From NCBI GenBank assembly GCA_973895155.1, contig OZ316893.1, positions 25,037,520-25,101,519 of the forward strand: a stretch of 64,000 bases of DNA. Direction: 5' to 3'. Positions 1 through 13,059 of the stretch are shown here, in pieces. Within the stretch, counting starts at the first letter, position 1, and every line of letters begins with the position of its first letter. Made by a program: the position numbers and the translations under genes. Source of the stretch: Marsupella aquatica. Taxonomy: Eukaryota > Plantae > Marchantiophyta. The notes beneath the pieces were generated by a model. The model saw only the letters and a program-made list of their open reading frames with translations, did not search any database and was not told the origin of the DNA.

Positions 1-190
1 TCAATTTGATTTGATCTGCAGCTGTGAGAACAGCTTGAAGGGTGTGACATGCAATGATTGTTTACTTGACCTTCTGTTTTTTTCCTCCTGGATCATCTAT
101 GTTACTGCCATGTTTGCACTGAAACTGCGCTTGGTGGGAGAGCCGAATGTTGATACTCTTGGACGCGCACGGACCATAATTTAATTGCAG

Positions 191-1173
191 ATGACCATCG
201 ATTATTTTGTGGAGACCTGGGAAACGAAGTTAATGACGAAGTTCTTACGAAAGCCTTCACCAGATTTGCTTCTTTTAATATGGCAAGGGTAGGTTTCTGT
301 TGTATTCTCGTTTATGCTTCTCTTTATGCAAAGTCCTCACGTTTTCGCTTTTGCTCACCTGGTGGTTCTGTTCACTTCATAAATGCTTGCCCTATAAAGG
401 TTTTCCTATACAGAACGTCTGCAACATATGTGTGTGTGTGTCATGTTGATCATATAAAGTACTCATCGATCCTGGTGGTCTGGATCTGCAATTGGCACCA
501 TATCTTTTACAATCATACTGAGGTGGTCTGATACAGATTGTGGGTGATGGATTTATAGGTTGTTCGAGACAAGAGAACTGGCAAGACCAAGGGCTATGGA
601 TTTGTCAGCTTTGCCAACCCATCTGATCTTGCATTGTCATTCAAGGAGATGAATGGTATGATTCTATGAACTGAGAATATCTGCGTACTCATTATTGAAA
701 CTCTGAGCTAGACGTGAATCATAACTTTTTCATATTTATTATTATTGATGGGAGTTCTTCAATGTGATTGTTATGCTTTGTTTGAAGTAAATTGCCTGGA
801 TTTGCAGGAAAGTATGTTGGGAACAGGCCTATTAAGTTGCGAAAAAGCACATGGAAGGAACGGACAGACATGGACGCGTTTGAGAAACAGAAGGTGCTGT
901 TGAAAGTTGTCTTGATGCCAACTTTTAGTTGTTTTATGAATGCCAACGAAAGGGACCGGCTCGGATTATTGGATCCTGGTATATCATAGTATTCTGGCAC
1001 AGAACGTAATGAGAACCATTTATAGAGCTGCGTAATCTCAACTGACATTTGGACTGCTGATTTGCTCAACTGACTTTGCTGCTGTATGTCTTGACACTTT
1101 ATGGTGTTTTTCTTATCGTGTTGTGCAGAATTCAAAGAGACACAAATCAAAGAAGTCTCTTTTACACAAGTAG
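191..1173 (+). CDS. RBM42: RBM42-like RRM RNA-binding protein, 3' part (exons 191-288, 559-655, 808-893, 1129-1173; 5' exons lie outside the window)
   Basis: GT-AG spliced translation DHRLFCGDLGNEVNDEVLTKAFTRFASFNMAR/VVRDKRTGKTKGYGFVSF...KEMNG/KYVGNRPIKLRKSTWKER.../NSKRHKSKKSLLHK*. RNP1 motif KGYGFVSF is present and exon phases are consistent. Confidence 0.92.
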
Positions 1174-3641
1174 CTTAAAATTACAGGGTGACTCGACTGC
1201 CGACTGCTGGGTCCTCAAATTCGGTTCAAAGTTTCATGTCTCCTCATCGAAGAAGCAAGGTTGTGGAAGGGCATGATTGAAGCCAAATGGCAGGTGCGCA
1301 TGATCAGGGTTGCATGCTTCGAATTTTTTCCAGTCTGTTTGCCTAAGCTTGCCATGCCATCTTCCCTGAGGGTGGAGGAATGCTTAAAGCGACTGTTGTG
1401 TTTGGTTTCTTGGGTGATTTGCTGTCCAGTTCTCCGAAGGACTCAAAACTGGTGCCATCAACAGGAAGCAAGCGATCAACGTAGATTTACTCTTGAAGGG
1501 CAACATTATTCTCCCGGGCGATATTTGTCAGATATTCAAGAATGAGTTTTCTTAAGCCATCAGCCTTTGCAATCTCTTCTGTGCTTCTGTTTGTAGATGG
1601 CAAGTAGACAGAAGAGCGGCAGTTATTCTACATGATTTGTAACAGGTTGTTTTCTTAGAGCGACATAATAACCACTGTTCGCAATGTGCTATCGCCCTTA
1701 TCATGAAATGATTTGCCAGCTTGGGCGTGGGAGCAAGACGAGCTTTAGTTTGTGTCCATCCTGTACATTCGTGCAGGCCTCTGCTCTGCCCAGAAATTAC
1801 TCACCAGAAGGCAAAAATTTACGTCTAGTCTAGTTTAATTCAGTCGTTTCTCAACTGTTTGGTCAATTGTACAAGTTGTGAATATCCATTGGGCCCTCCA
1901 ATTTGGGCAGGAGAAGTTGGTAACAATTTCAGGCTCTTGGATGTACCGTGGCTACCCTAGCAGTGTTTGGTGTGATGCCAGCAATGAGTAAACAAAACCC
2001 AATCTAGCGATGGGATATCATGTCCAGTGTCCAAAGTGTAAACAGTGTCTTGAAACTATTTATCCATTTGGAGGGTGAATACAAGTTGAACAAGAATAAT
2101 TTGAACATTGTTGAACATTTGGCTCGTCGGGAAATCGTTGAGCAGCCGTAGTGGTCGTAATCCAGTAAAGCAGGTTGTCGAAGGATCAAAAGAAGTGTAC
2201 CCCCGTCTCCCACATTGTGGAGCCCTTGTGTGTACCCCAGTCTCAAACATTGTGGAGCTTGTGTTTCATTGTTAATCGATCAAAAGCCGATGGCTGGTAC
2301 TCTGTGGTAATTAAGGGTCCGGTGCAGTCGATCAAACACCAACGAAGATTACACTGACCGAAATTGGAACACTGAATCCGTACTCTCTTTTTTATTTTGC
2401 CGACAACTTCTGTTGACGTGGCTGTATATATACTTCGGAAGAATCACGCATCACATTTGTCATTGAACGGAGGTGTATCTCTGATCGTTCTGTCAATGAG
2501 CCGAACTGTATCTTGAAGCTCTTTGAAAGTATTTGTCCACTTCCATACTAAGCCACCCGTGTTCTAGAAGTGCTCCCTTGGGCCACTCAAACCGGGGCTT
2601 CATAAAGTACCAACCTTCACGTACAAATTCTTATAAGAAGCGTCACATTTCGAGGAACCTGCATGTTTTTGTTAATTGAACTCAAGTTCAATTTTCATTC
2701 GATAGTTCAAGAGGGTGTCCCTTTCCGGGTTTCTTGGTTTAATTCGCTTGGCCTCTGCGCGCCGCGCAACACAATCCCCCCCCCCCCGCCCGCCCCCCGT
2801 GTTACTTAGGGAATGTCAAAGACTGATTCTCAACCATAACACCCAAAACTTAGATTAGGATTCTTGAGACTCGCGACAACAACTCTTAACTTCGAGACCA
2901 TTTTAAAAATGAAAATTTCAAGGGAATAACATTTGACCTATTATCTTAAGTGATCATCAGGCACAATGTTCTTCTGTGCAACTTCTGTGCAGTGAACTTT
3001 TTAGCGACTGCTAACTACAGATGTTCCACACTCGTCTCCCTAATTCCATAATTGCTGTTATGATCAGTTCTTTGCGAAGTGTTTCTTCCTCTGCTGCGAA
3101 ATGGCTGATAATGAGGCATCCATCAGTGGTAGGAGAATACCACTAAGCTGACTACAAATAGGATCATTATCAAAGGGCCGAAAACAAAGCTCAAAATACC
3201 AAGGACGGAAGAAGAAACGCACATGAAAAAGTTGTGCATCTGATTGATTGTGAACAGAGATGAAATTTTCGGTGCTAATTCTCAAGTAACAACAAAATGT
3301 ACAAATTGATCCTGTCGTTTGTCCAAATTCGGCTACCTATACAGAATGATATCCTGCTAGAATTATTCAGTCTGTACAATGTATGATAAGTCCGTTCCAG
3401 ATATCTTTCCAAGAGAAATGGGAGAATCTCTATCGTATCTACGTGATAGGATCTACTATGATTTTCACCATGGAAGGATACCCTCCATTTGTGGGTTGCT
3501 AGACTTAACCCATGTCTTACCATGTCTGTGAGAAACTATCGAAAGCAAAGACAGAAAAATTCCTTGGTACTCTGGCTAGCCTGAATTGACTGAGCTTGCC
3601 TTTCTTGAGGTAACCCGTTGGCCTGAGTTTCAACACATCGA

Positions 3642-4645
3642 TCAGGCCACATCGATCATTTTCGTCTTAGGCTTCTAGGTCACGATTGTGGGAGCTGTCA
3701 CAGTGAGCACGCCGTTGACGACCTTGGCAGTGACGACTTCGACTTTCATATCAACCGACCACTTAATCTACGAATGAAGTTTACATGAGAACGCTGCGCA
3801 GAGTGCCAAACATCTCCTTCCTTGACCTCCTCCATGTTCTGTTCTCCGCTGACCTGATGGATTCGCTCTTATTCTAGTTGCAATTTCACGTCGTCCTTCT
3901 TCAATCCTGTGTGCAGAAAAAGTACATGACGAGAACGAATTTCAGTGATCATGTTTCCTGCTCAAGAAACTGACCAATTTTAGCCCCAGACCCTAATAAG
4001 AGCCGCTCAATCGCTTCCACTTTGGAGATAGGGTCACGATAGAGGAGAAACAATATCTCACACACACCTTCCTCAAAAACTAGTCCAAACCCGGAACTAT
4101 TGATGTCTGGGAATTTCTGCTGTTCCTTCACTTCGCTTGACAGCAATTCATTAGCTGAATCGCTTCTAAACGAGAGATCACAGTTGATGGTTAGTGAAGT
4201 ATACCCTTAAGAAGTCTCTTCCTAGTCCCTATTTCATTTTACGGACCGGTCTAAGAATCAATGTGCCTCATTTCAGCTGCTTACCTGCTTCTATTAGACA
4301 CTCTTCTGACATAGCAAAGCCCATCTTATGCAGACCGCTTACGACATCATGAAGTGATCAAAGTTGCTTAGGAATAAAGCAATGTACTCTTCACTGCTTT
4401 GTTCTGTTAGTGTTTTCAAGGGATAAAAGAAAGGCAATGCATGGTAGATGTAATACCTGGCAACTCAGCTTTGGAACTATGTACGCGTTTCGAGCCAGCC
4501 GACCTTAGTGCCAGGATCAGCTCTCGCTGCTTGCGCCAATCACAATGATCATCAGCTCCAATGGATCCCACGCTCTGTCCAACCAGGAGGGGACCCAGAA
4601 GCTATTCTACGGAGACCGCCCATTGCCAAACAATGACAAAGCCAT
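3642..4645 (-). pseudogene. Cytosolic small heat-shock protein (Hsp20/alpha-crystallin) pseudogene, exons 4645-4457 and 3906-3642
   Basis: Minus-strand reading MALSLFG...WDPLE...TKVGWLET...KAELPG|LKKDDVKLQLE*ERIHQVSGE...EGDVWH..RSH.NFIRR...VTAKVVNGVLTVTAP...KPKTKMIDVA*. It carries several in-frame stops and frameshifts, and has a GT-AG intron at 4456-3907. Confidence 0.85.
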
Positions 4646-4924
4646 CTTTTGTATGCTACTCAGTATGTTGCCCCAGCCTCCAAGGAAACAATTTTAAGCA
4701 ATCGGCAAAGATGCTGGAGAGAGCTCAAAACCAGAGTACAGGACAGGAAATCTGAAGCACACTGTGCTATGCAGGGAAAGGGACTTGAATCAGAGTTCTA
4801 GATTACGATCTTCCACACATCTGCACCTAATAACGAATACTACGCTTCTTCAATATGTTAACGTTATCTGACGATGTGGGCGTTCGCTAGGGACCTACGT
4901 AGAGCCGAGGACAGGTTCTAGCAA

Positions 4925-4975
4925 TTTATATAGCCCTATCAAACTTCTGGAACTGGTCCTGGTTTTTCTGGAATC
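4925..4975 (-). promoter_or_regulatory. TATA box plus heat-shock elements upstream of the sHSP pseudogene
   Basis: TATATAAA on the minus strand (4925-4932), with TTCtgGAA modules at ~4945-4952 and ~4966-4973 immediately upstream. This is the typical nGAAnnTTCn HSE arrangement. Confidence 0.6.
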
Positions 4976-5522
4976 TCATCTAAAGATTTTAAGTTCATTT
5001 CCGGCGGTGTCTGTGTGACGAATAAAACCACGAGCACCGAAGCAGGGGAGCAACGCAAAGCGGCAGATATGAAATTGCAACTGAGTTGATATCCTCTGCC
5101 CTTTTCAAACCCTAAATCACATTCATGCTCAAAAATAAAACACGGTTCTACATTCTCTATCAAACAGTGATTGGTTGGCTTTATTTGATATATTGCACAG
5201 ACAATGAACCCTACACTACTTCTACACAGCAAGGGGCCGTTAAAAATACATACCCCGTATCTACAATAGCATCGCCTCTTCTAGTTGACTGACACTTTGG
5301 CAACTGGAGACTGCTCTGAAACGTTTCCTCTTCTGAAGCGACTTCTACTTCATCCCTTTGGAAAGTATTGGCATGGACGGCAGACTCCTCTTTGGGAGCC
5401 GTGTCAGGGCATGACCATCGACAAGAATAAGCACCAAGAGCTCGTCAGTCTGACTGAGAACTTCTTCAACATTTAATCCTGACCTGATAAAGCACAGTGG
5501 GTGAAGAAGAGAGTTCATACAC

Positions 5523-6440
5523 TCATTTATGGACAGGTTTGTAGAGAGCCACAGTGACATATTTCGACCGATACCGATGAGTCAAGCCGAGAGCCAAAAC
5601 CGAGCGAAGATTCTTCCCCTTCTCCGCATAGAGGTGATTCAACGTGACGTGCTGTGGGCGAGGCAACCACCCCGAGGTGTCCTCAGTAGGTGGCGCATTC
5701 AGAAGAGTCAAGTGTAAATGCGATGGCAGAGGCGGAGGCTCCCTAGAAAAATCCTCAGGACTGGGGAAAGTGTCATTGTAGCTCGATGTGGGAGACCCTG
5801 GTGGCTCAAACCCTGCAACGCTGTCCAGATTCTCAGGCACATAGTCCTGCACATCGAGCACGTTGACGACCTGTGAGAGGACCTCCTCTGGGTAATGCCA
5901 ATCATCGTCCAATATGACCTTATACTGGTAAACCCCAGAGGGTAGCATTTTCACTAGCGTGAAATCCTTCCCCACTTTCTGCATCTGTTGCCTTGTGGCC
6001 CAATTGTCCCACGACCCCTCCACCGACACGTTGTTGCCTCCATGGCTCCACACAATCATAGTTGGCACTCCCCTCTCCGGAGGCTGCAGCATACCTCTGC
6101 CATAGTCACGGTGCCCATACACATCGCCATGGTAGGAACCCAACGAGAACTCGTCGCCTCTGGCAATTGGGACCATGGGCATCTGCGGAGTGAACATAAG
6201 AGGAGACCGAGAGACGCTGCTGGGGCTGTCTGGTGGAGTCTGCAGCATGCTCTCTGCTCCATAAGCCATGAACCCTCCTCCTCCTGATCTGCTAGACGCT
6301 CCAGCTGCAGAGTGTTGGTGGAGGAGGAGAGCATTATTGCCACCTTGTGGGTTGGGGCCATCGAGCTGGCCGGTGGGTCTCCCAATGGATTGATGATGCT
6401 CTCCTTTCGGATTCCTCGAATTCACACTCGCGTTCCCCAT
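5523..6440 (-). CDS. SnRK1/AMPK beta regulatory subunit (KIN-beta), intronless, ~305 aa
   Basis: Starts MGNAS (myristoylation-type N-terminus) at ATG 6440. Contains the CBM region (PTMIVWSHGGNNVSVEGSWDNW...LPSGVYQYK) and the ASC domain (PPPLPSHLHLTLLN...PRPQHVTLNHLY...THRYRSKYVTVALYKP). Confidence 0.93.
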   Translation of the reverse strand: MGNASVNSRNPKGEHHQSIGRPTGQLDGPNPQGGNNALLLHQHSAAGASSRSGGGGFMAYGAESMLQTPPDSPSSVSRSPLMFTPQMPMVPIARGDEFSLGSYHGDVYGHRDYGRGMLQPPERGVPTMIVWSHGGNNVSVEGSWDNWATRQQMQKVGKDFTLVKMLPSGVYQYKVILDDDWHYPEEVLSQVVNVLDVQDYVPENLDSVAGFEPPGSPTSSYNDTFPSPEDFSREPPPLPSHLHLTLLNAPPTEDTSGWLPRPQHVTLNHLYAEKGKNLRSVLALGLTHRYRSKYVTVALYKPVHK

Positions 6441-7149
6441 CGGTTGTTGCTGCTGCTGACGGTCGCACCGAGGACTGCTGCTTCTTCTGCTGGTGGGTGA
6501 GGTGACCTGCCGCCCAGTTACTTTCACAAATCACAAGATATTGATTGATCTCTCCTCAAATCGAATTCCACGGAGATGTCGAGCTTCTTCGTCCCTTTCC
6601 TTTCGTCTCTTCTCCTTCCTCTGTACTCTTCTCGAATCAAATTTGACGGAAATGTCGAGTTTCGTGGCTGAAGACGAACTTGTAGACATTGATTCCGTTG
6701 TGCGAGAGCGGATGAGGATGCAGAATCATCATCTACGCGGTGGGCATTGTCGAATCCGCCCCAGACCTTGACTACTAATTTACGTTATGAGTGGGTTTGA
6801 GATGCGGGGGTTGAGGTGGGTTGTTAAGAGAGCCAGAAGGATGATGGTGGTCATTAGGGCGGGTGGAATTTTGATGTGCTTTGGATGACCCGAAGCACTG
6901 ATTTTATTTTTATTATATATTTGGGTGCTGGAGTTGAACTGGCCAGCCAGTGCATGGAGGGCCTAATAAGTGGGACCTATCTGAGATCCTTAATTAATGT
7001 TTTTCAGTGCTTTTTGGGCCCTGTATTTTTCGGTGCATTCTTGGAGGAGAATGCCCCGTCAAGATTTGGATCATCTCGCTCTGAAATAAAGATTCTCCTC
7101 TATTTTTACTAAATTAGTTAGAAATAAAATATTTCAGGCATTTAAAGAT

Positions 7150-7305
7150 GAGAGATACCTGATGGACCTTGGAAATGCAAAGTGTTTCTTGATGGACCCA
7201 TGAGTGATCCAGACCCTTGAAAGATGTCAAATCAATGTACCCAACAGCTCATGGGGTATATGAAATAAGAGGTTTCAATTTAGGGGTCCATAAAGTATAT
7301 CTGTC
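7150..7305. mobile_element. Mutator-like MITE with 10-bp TSD
   Basis: Ends GAGAGATACCTGATGGACC ... GGTCCATAAAGTATATCTGTC form imperfect TIRs. Flanked by an exact ATTTAAAGAT duplication at 7140-7149 and 7306-7315. Confidence 0.75.
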
Positions 7306-8368
7306 ATTTAAAGATATCAAGGTCTTGTGTAGGGAAACTTATGGACAATAATAGCCCCTCAAAACTCAGTAAACTTGGTTGAATCTCTTGTTATTGGGGG
7401 CATCATATCTCATAATGCCCTATAAACAAGACATTACTATGTACATGTCTCCCTGTCTACAAATTACAATATGTGATCAAATTGGCTGGGGGCTCTGAGG
7501 TCAGAGGAGTGATGGAAAAGCAATCTGGGGAAGAAAGTGCCAAGAAGCGAGAAAAGAGGCAGAAGCAAGTAGTCGAGTGATCCACCATGGATGGAATGAC
7601 ATAGCATCTATAGGTTTTTCAAATCAAATTCTATCAAGCTTTGGCATAATTTTTGGGCAATTTATTGTGTAGCATTTTGGTGTGCAATTTCTGTGTGTGT
7701 GTGGTCGAGGAGTCCATACAGCCACTATATTTAGCTCCGATTGCCTATGCGTATACGAGGATAGTTTGTTTTTTTGTTCTAACTTAGAGGAGGTGATGGA
7801 CGTGGTCATGATGAAAGGGTGACTGAGACGACGCACGGGCACAGTTGAGAAGATGGATCATTCTGGTCAAAATGACAAACAGACATGGGCAAGGCAATGG
7901 ATGTTGTCAACATGGCGAACAAGCATGATTGAGGTGATGGATGTGGTTAACACAATGACCAATGAGAAGTGTGACCAGTAGACAAAAAATGTATTTTGAA
8001 TTTTGTGGAACATGCCAAAAGTCCTTAATTATGTCTCAAAACCACAAATCTGTCAAAGAATGCAAAAAGGATCCAACATGGAATTCGTAATTGGAATACT
8101 TTCAAATTGAAATTGATGAGCCCTTAAAGATTGTGATTAAAAAACTTAACCAGTCGAGAACAATATTTCCAAAATTCCCTAAAAGACATTTTGCTCGTCT
8201 TTGGGAGCCCAATCCAGTCAAACGCATAAGTGACCAAGCCCCTGTTGCCACACTAAGGGTAACCATGCAACAACCCCCCCCCCCCCAGCCAAAGTACAAC
8301 CCATTAAAAGATTATTAAATTATAAAGTATCAACATATCATGTTATACATAAAAAGTGCAAAATATGT

Positions 8369-9721
8369 AGGAAAGTACATAACCAGGCCCCTCTAGCATC
8401 TTGTAGACTTGATGTACCACAAAGATGGATTGAGTACTTGATCCCTTGGACGGTAGGCAGTCCAAAATCCAAAAAATATTGTAACTCGGGCCATAGTAAT
8501 CCGAATAATATCGTAGTTCTGCAGTAGTCATTGTTGGGTTTACCTCCGCTGCACAGTGCGCCACTACATGACTCACCACAAAACCTACAAAATGTCAATT
8601 TTTGATAAATCCAAAACACTTTATTGAATGACTAAATGAATCTAAAATTGTTTGGTGTGATTTCTAGAGTTCAACCTACCTACAGAAAAAAATTGGGACT
8701 TTTGGGACATGACCCTTTGGACATAACACTCAATCTCATGTCCTCAAAAATATGTGCTTGGGAACTTTCCTTAGGTCATTTGTTTTGCAAAAGCATAATA
8801 ATTTTACACTTGGACCCTTAGAATCTGTTCATTTATTCAAAGAAGGTATCTACACTGTTCATCGTAACTAGTGTTCCTCACACTAATTTTGAGAGCGTCA
8901 ATTTTCATGGTCTACTTGTGAATTAGTGTTAATCACACTAATTTTGTCATGACACTATCTCTGTGCGCATGAAAGAGTGTTACTGTGGTCTCAACAGTGG
9001 TAAAATAGAGTAAGATACTATTTTGAAATATACACTAGAACTAGTGTGACTTTGGACTCAAGATCACCCATTTTTTCCGTAGAGATTTGAGCAAAAGTGG
9101 AAGAAAACTGTTCTGAAAAACCTGCAAATTTAGTGTTACTTGGACTCACAATCCCTTTTACCAAAACGAGTATAAGTAACACTAATATTGTAGTCACGCT
9201 AATTCTTGCATAACACTAGCTAATTATGGTGAAAAGTGTAGCTTAGTTTTGGTTCTAAGTTTGCTCTAAGTACCTAAAGAAAAGTGCAGAATTGTAGATT
9301 ACAGTTTGTACAATAGTGATGTTTGAGGAGATGTTTGAGTGTTGGAGGTGTCTGAGTGTTGGAGGTGTCCAAAACATCCCAACTTTTTTCAGTAGGTAGC
9401 TTGAATGTGAGTGATCACACCAAACAGTTTTCAGCTCAAACATAATTTATTTAGTCATCCAATAAAATGTTTGGGTTGATCAAAATTAACATTTTGTAAG
9501 TTTCATGGCGCCCCGAGTCATGTAGTGACACCCTGTGCAGCGGAGGTAAACCCGATGGTGACTACTGCAGAACTACTGTATCGTTTGGATTACCACGGAG
9601 TTACAATATTTTTTGGATTTTGGACGGCATACCGTCCATGGGGCCTGATTAAGTCCTCAATCCATCTTTGTGGTCAATCAAGTTCACAAGATGCCAAAGG
9701 GGCCTGGTTAAGTCCTTTCCT
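8369..9721. mobile_element. Non-autonomous foldback/MULE-like DNA transposon with ~270-bp TIRs
   Basis: ~8369-8640 is the diverged reverse complement of ~9445-9721 (e.g. AACCAGGCCCCT..GCATCTTGT vs ACAAGATGC..AGGGGCCTGGTT). The interior is non-coding, with short ACTAATTTT/ATTAGTGT repeats. Confidence 0.75.
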
Positions 9722-11136
9722 GCCCTTAATGTAACCCCTAGATTGGAAAACATGATTTATAATGATAACCATACATGAATTAACACCAACATTATTTGGT
9801 TTTACCTCTTCTCTTTATTACATACATAAGGTGGGGCCCCAACCAGTGGCTTGTACTTAAACTCATCTTCAAAACAATAAATGAGCAATATCCTGTTATG
9901 GATTCAAAAACACAATTTGGGAAGGAACAGACCTACCAGACTGCTTTTGGACATCACTGGATTGAAAACATTGAACCCGAATAGTTGCACTGCTACATAA
10001 AAGTACCTTCAACCATAGTCTTCAAATTAACACACCACTTGGTTAAGTTAAGTTAACCCAAACACTTCTTAGATAGAAACTAGTACCTCAAACACAACAG
10101 GATCCTATCTTGTATTCAAATTGTAGGATTGACAACCGGTAACAAATGATAGATTGAATACGTAGTTGATCAAGTACCAAGATAGATCCAAGTATCCACT
10201 TTGTATTCAAGCTATCAATTTGAGGGGTGAAAGTTTGTGAGACCTCTATTTTTTTAGATTGAATACTGGCCTGTGTACTTGGATCTTGTGGTTTAGTTCT
10301 AAGTATCCACATTCACCTTTTTGCCCGCCTTTTTGCCAAACTTTTGTCTCCCAAAGCACCTTTTTCGTTCTTAGCTTTTATTGTCAAAACATCATAGAAC
10401 AAAACACTGGCATTGGCCTAGTACTATATATGTTTCATTTATTTGTGTACCATCCCGACAACACTCTCTTTGAATGTAAATAGAGGTGAAGACATTCAAC
10501 CTGATTGCTCATTCATGGAATTGACTTCAATCTGTTTCTAGTGACTTTTTACACGCTATACCATTTTCACAGTCATCTTGCCTGCAATTTTCATTTCCCA
10601 TGTGCACCCCAAACTTCAGTAACGCCCTTAAAGTCACAGTCTAGACGCTTCACTCTAGACCATAGGACTGAACACTAGGTTCACATCAATTATTCTTGAG
10701 AGTCACAAGGGACTACGATTAATAATATTAATTTTTGCCCAACCAATCCAAAAATGTAATGTCCAAGAATGTTCAAAGTGTCCCTTTTTCCCTGCCCTTT
10801 TCTTCCTGGTGTAAACTTGTTGCCACTTTATGTGTCCAAGGGATGGGCAGGGACAAACTCTCTGTCCATCCAAGCTTTGGTTTCAATCCAAATTCTAGAT
10901 TGCCATTCTTTTAGTGCAAAATTAGCACTTTTCCCATCCTTCTTAGTTGGTTTACTATGTCGCCACTCGTTTGTAAGAAACCGTCAGCTTAGACTAGACA
11001 GCAAATGTGGCACATCAGTGAGAGCACACTCAATTAGACGCTACACCAACAAGGCACCATGAGTGAAGAAACTCCTGAATGATAATTAACTCATGACAAA
11101 GTACATGTGAAGAATGAGGGAGATAATGTTCTCCCT

Positions 11137-11593
11137 CCAACCTATACACCCAAGGGGAGACCAAGACGTGTGGGCCTAAGTAAAGTGGATCTTATCCTAA
11201 TCTAACCAAGGGATCTTATCTTATCCTAATCTAACCAGTGGATCTTATCCTAATCTAACCAAGACTAACCCTAGTAAAGCCAAACAAACTACAACCCTCG
11301 CTATAGCCGGGAACTTGAGTCAATTCCTAACAATCTCCACCTTGACTCCAGTTCATGCAATGACTCAGGTGATAAACAATATGTGAAGTGACATATCTAC
11401 ATAGCCTCCAATTTGGCCCTAGAATTTAATACATGCAAAGAGTGGGGGAGCAAATACTTTCCAACCTATACCCCCAAGGGGAGACCAAGATGTGTGGGCC
11501 TAGGTAATTAAATTATCCTAATCTAACCATGGGTTGACTAACCCCAGTAACGCCAAACAAACTACAACCGGGAATTCAAGCAAATTCCTAACA
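11137..11593 (-). mobile_element. Copia-type LTR remnant or miniature LTR element (two short direct repeats)
   Basis: Direct repeats ~11137-11333 and ~11459-11593 both start TGTTAGGAATT on the minus strand. A PPT-like AGTCAAGGTGGAGAT directly precedes the lower copy. Confidence 0.5.
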
Positions 11594-11989
11594 TCTTTTT
11601 CAGCACTAATTAAATCAACTCATGTACAAATACCCCAACTCATCCAATGGCCAAGAACACACAATTGGACAGATCATATTGCTCTAAAGGTAATCCAACC
11701 CAAAATCAGTCCAGCCCCTTCAAGCTCTTTTCCTGTTGAGCCTCTCACCCTGGTCATCATATTTCTCTGGCCAACCTTAAACCACTTGCATGTTTCCACA
11801 TTTGTTTTTCTTAAGTTTGTTTCCTCAAAAAAATGCAAAGGTTTGTGTTGAATGTTGTCACATTGGATTGTGGCGGAGGATTTCAGTTTCTGACCTTTTC
11901 TTGGCAGAATTTGGATTGGAATAGTAAAGAGAGAATGGCAGAGACATTGGGCATGGATAAGGTCTAAGAGAGCTTCAAACTCAGGCAAC

Positions 11990-12450
11990 GCTGGCCATTT
12001 GACAGCTGATGTCAGCCGTGTAAAATGAGACACCAAACTGATGTTTTAAAGGGGAATGCATCTAAAAATGTCAATTTTGGTGCTCGATGTGGAGCTCATG
12101 ATTAACAATTTAGGGCTGAAATTTTGAGCTTTAGAGAACTTCTGATTGAGGGAGCGTTGGCCATCTTACAGTACATTGCAGCCCAGTCAAAATTAGAAAT
12201 GAAATTGATATTTTTGTGAAGGAAAAGGCATCCAAAAATTGCCAATATTTTTGGCTTAGTTACAATTTAGAGCTCACGATTCACAAGTTAGGGCGTGTTT
12301 TGAGGGAGTGCTGGCCCTCCCACAGTCAATTCCAGCCCCATCACAATGACAAACAAAAATGAAGTTTTTGTGAAGTAAAATGCATCCCAAAACTGCTGGG
12401 TTTTTTTTGCTCACAATTTGGAGCTTGCAATTTACAAAATAGGCTGAGAC
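11990..12450. repeat. Degenerate ~155-170 bp tandem repeat, about 3 copies
   Basis: Recurring blocks ATGCATC.AAAA, GAGCTCA.GATT.ACAA and GAGGGAG.G.TGGCC. Confidence 0.55.
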
Positions 12451-13059
12451 TTGAGTTGGAGGTGAGCTGATGGAGCTGGAGGAGAGGTACTAGATATAGG
12501 AATGGTGGTGAGCAGCTGAAAACGTGAGTGTTGGAGCTACTGTTTTGAGCTGAGCTGGGAAGGTTTTGAAGCTATGATTTGGGGCTTTGCAACATCAAGG
12601 AGTGATTTCTAGATGGCATATATATATTGAAGCTTTTGTTCTGAATGCAACTTTTCTTACAATTTTTTTAATTTGTTGAAATGTTGTGTAAAAATAGTTT
12701 TGAGTGCTCTTTTCAATTCCTTAGCTTGTGTGCTGAAAGTTGTGTGCAAATCTGAATTCCTTTCTAAATCTTAATCTCATAATGTGCTGAAATTTTCTTT
12801 GCAAAAATGTTGTCGTTGTAGGGGAAATTGAATTGAGTAGCTCTGAGTGGTCTGTTCTGTTGGTACTTAATTCTAGCGCCTAGAAAAACACACAAACCCT
12901 AATATTTGATATTAACACAGTGAAAATTAATTCTAATAGAATATAACCCTTTGCATTCCATGATGAACAACTCACCCAAAATGGCCAAAATATCTCTGTC
13001 ACTTCGATGGAATGTAGTAGGTTCCCTACTCCTTTAGCACATCCTCAAACTAAAAAAAA

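Noticed and set aside
2495-2605. Small minus-strand ORF MKPRFEWPKGALLEHGWLSMEVDKYFQRASRYSSAH
   Set aside because: Too short, with no recognisable family or supporting signals.
6441-6527. N-terminal 29-aa extension of the SnRK1 beta ORF in the track
   Set aside because: It begins at a non-ATG codon, whereas MGNAS at 6440 fits the myristoylated N-terminus.
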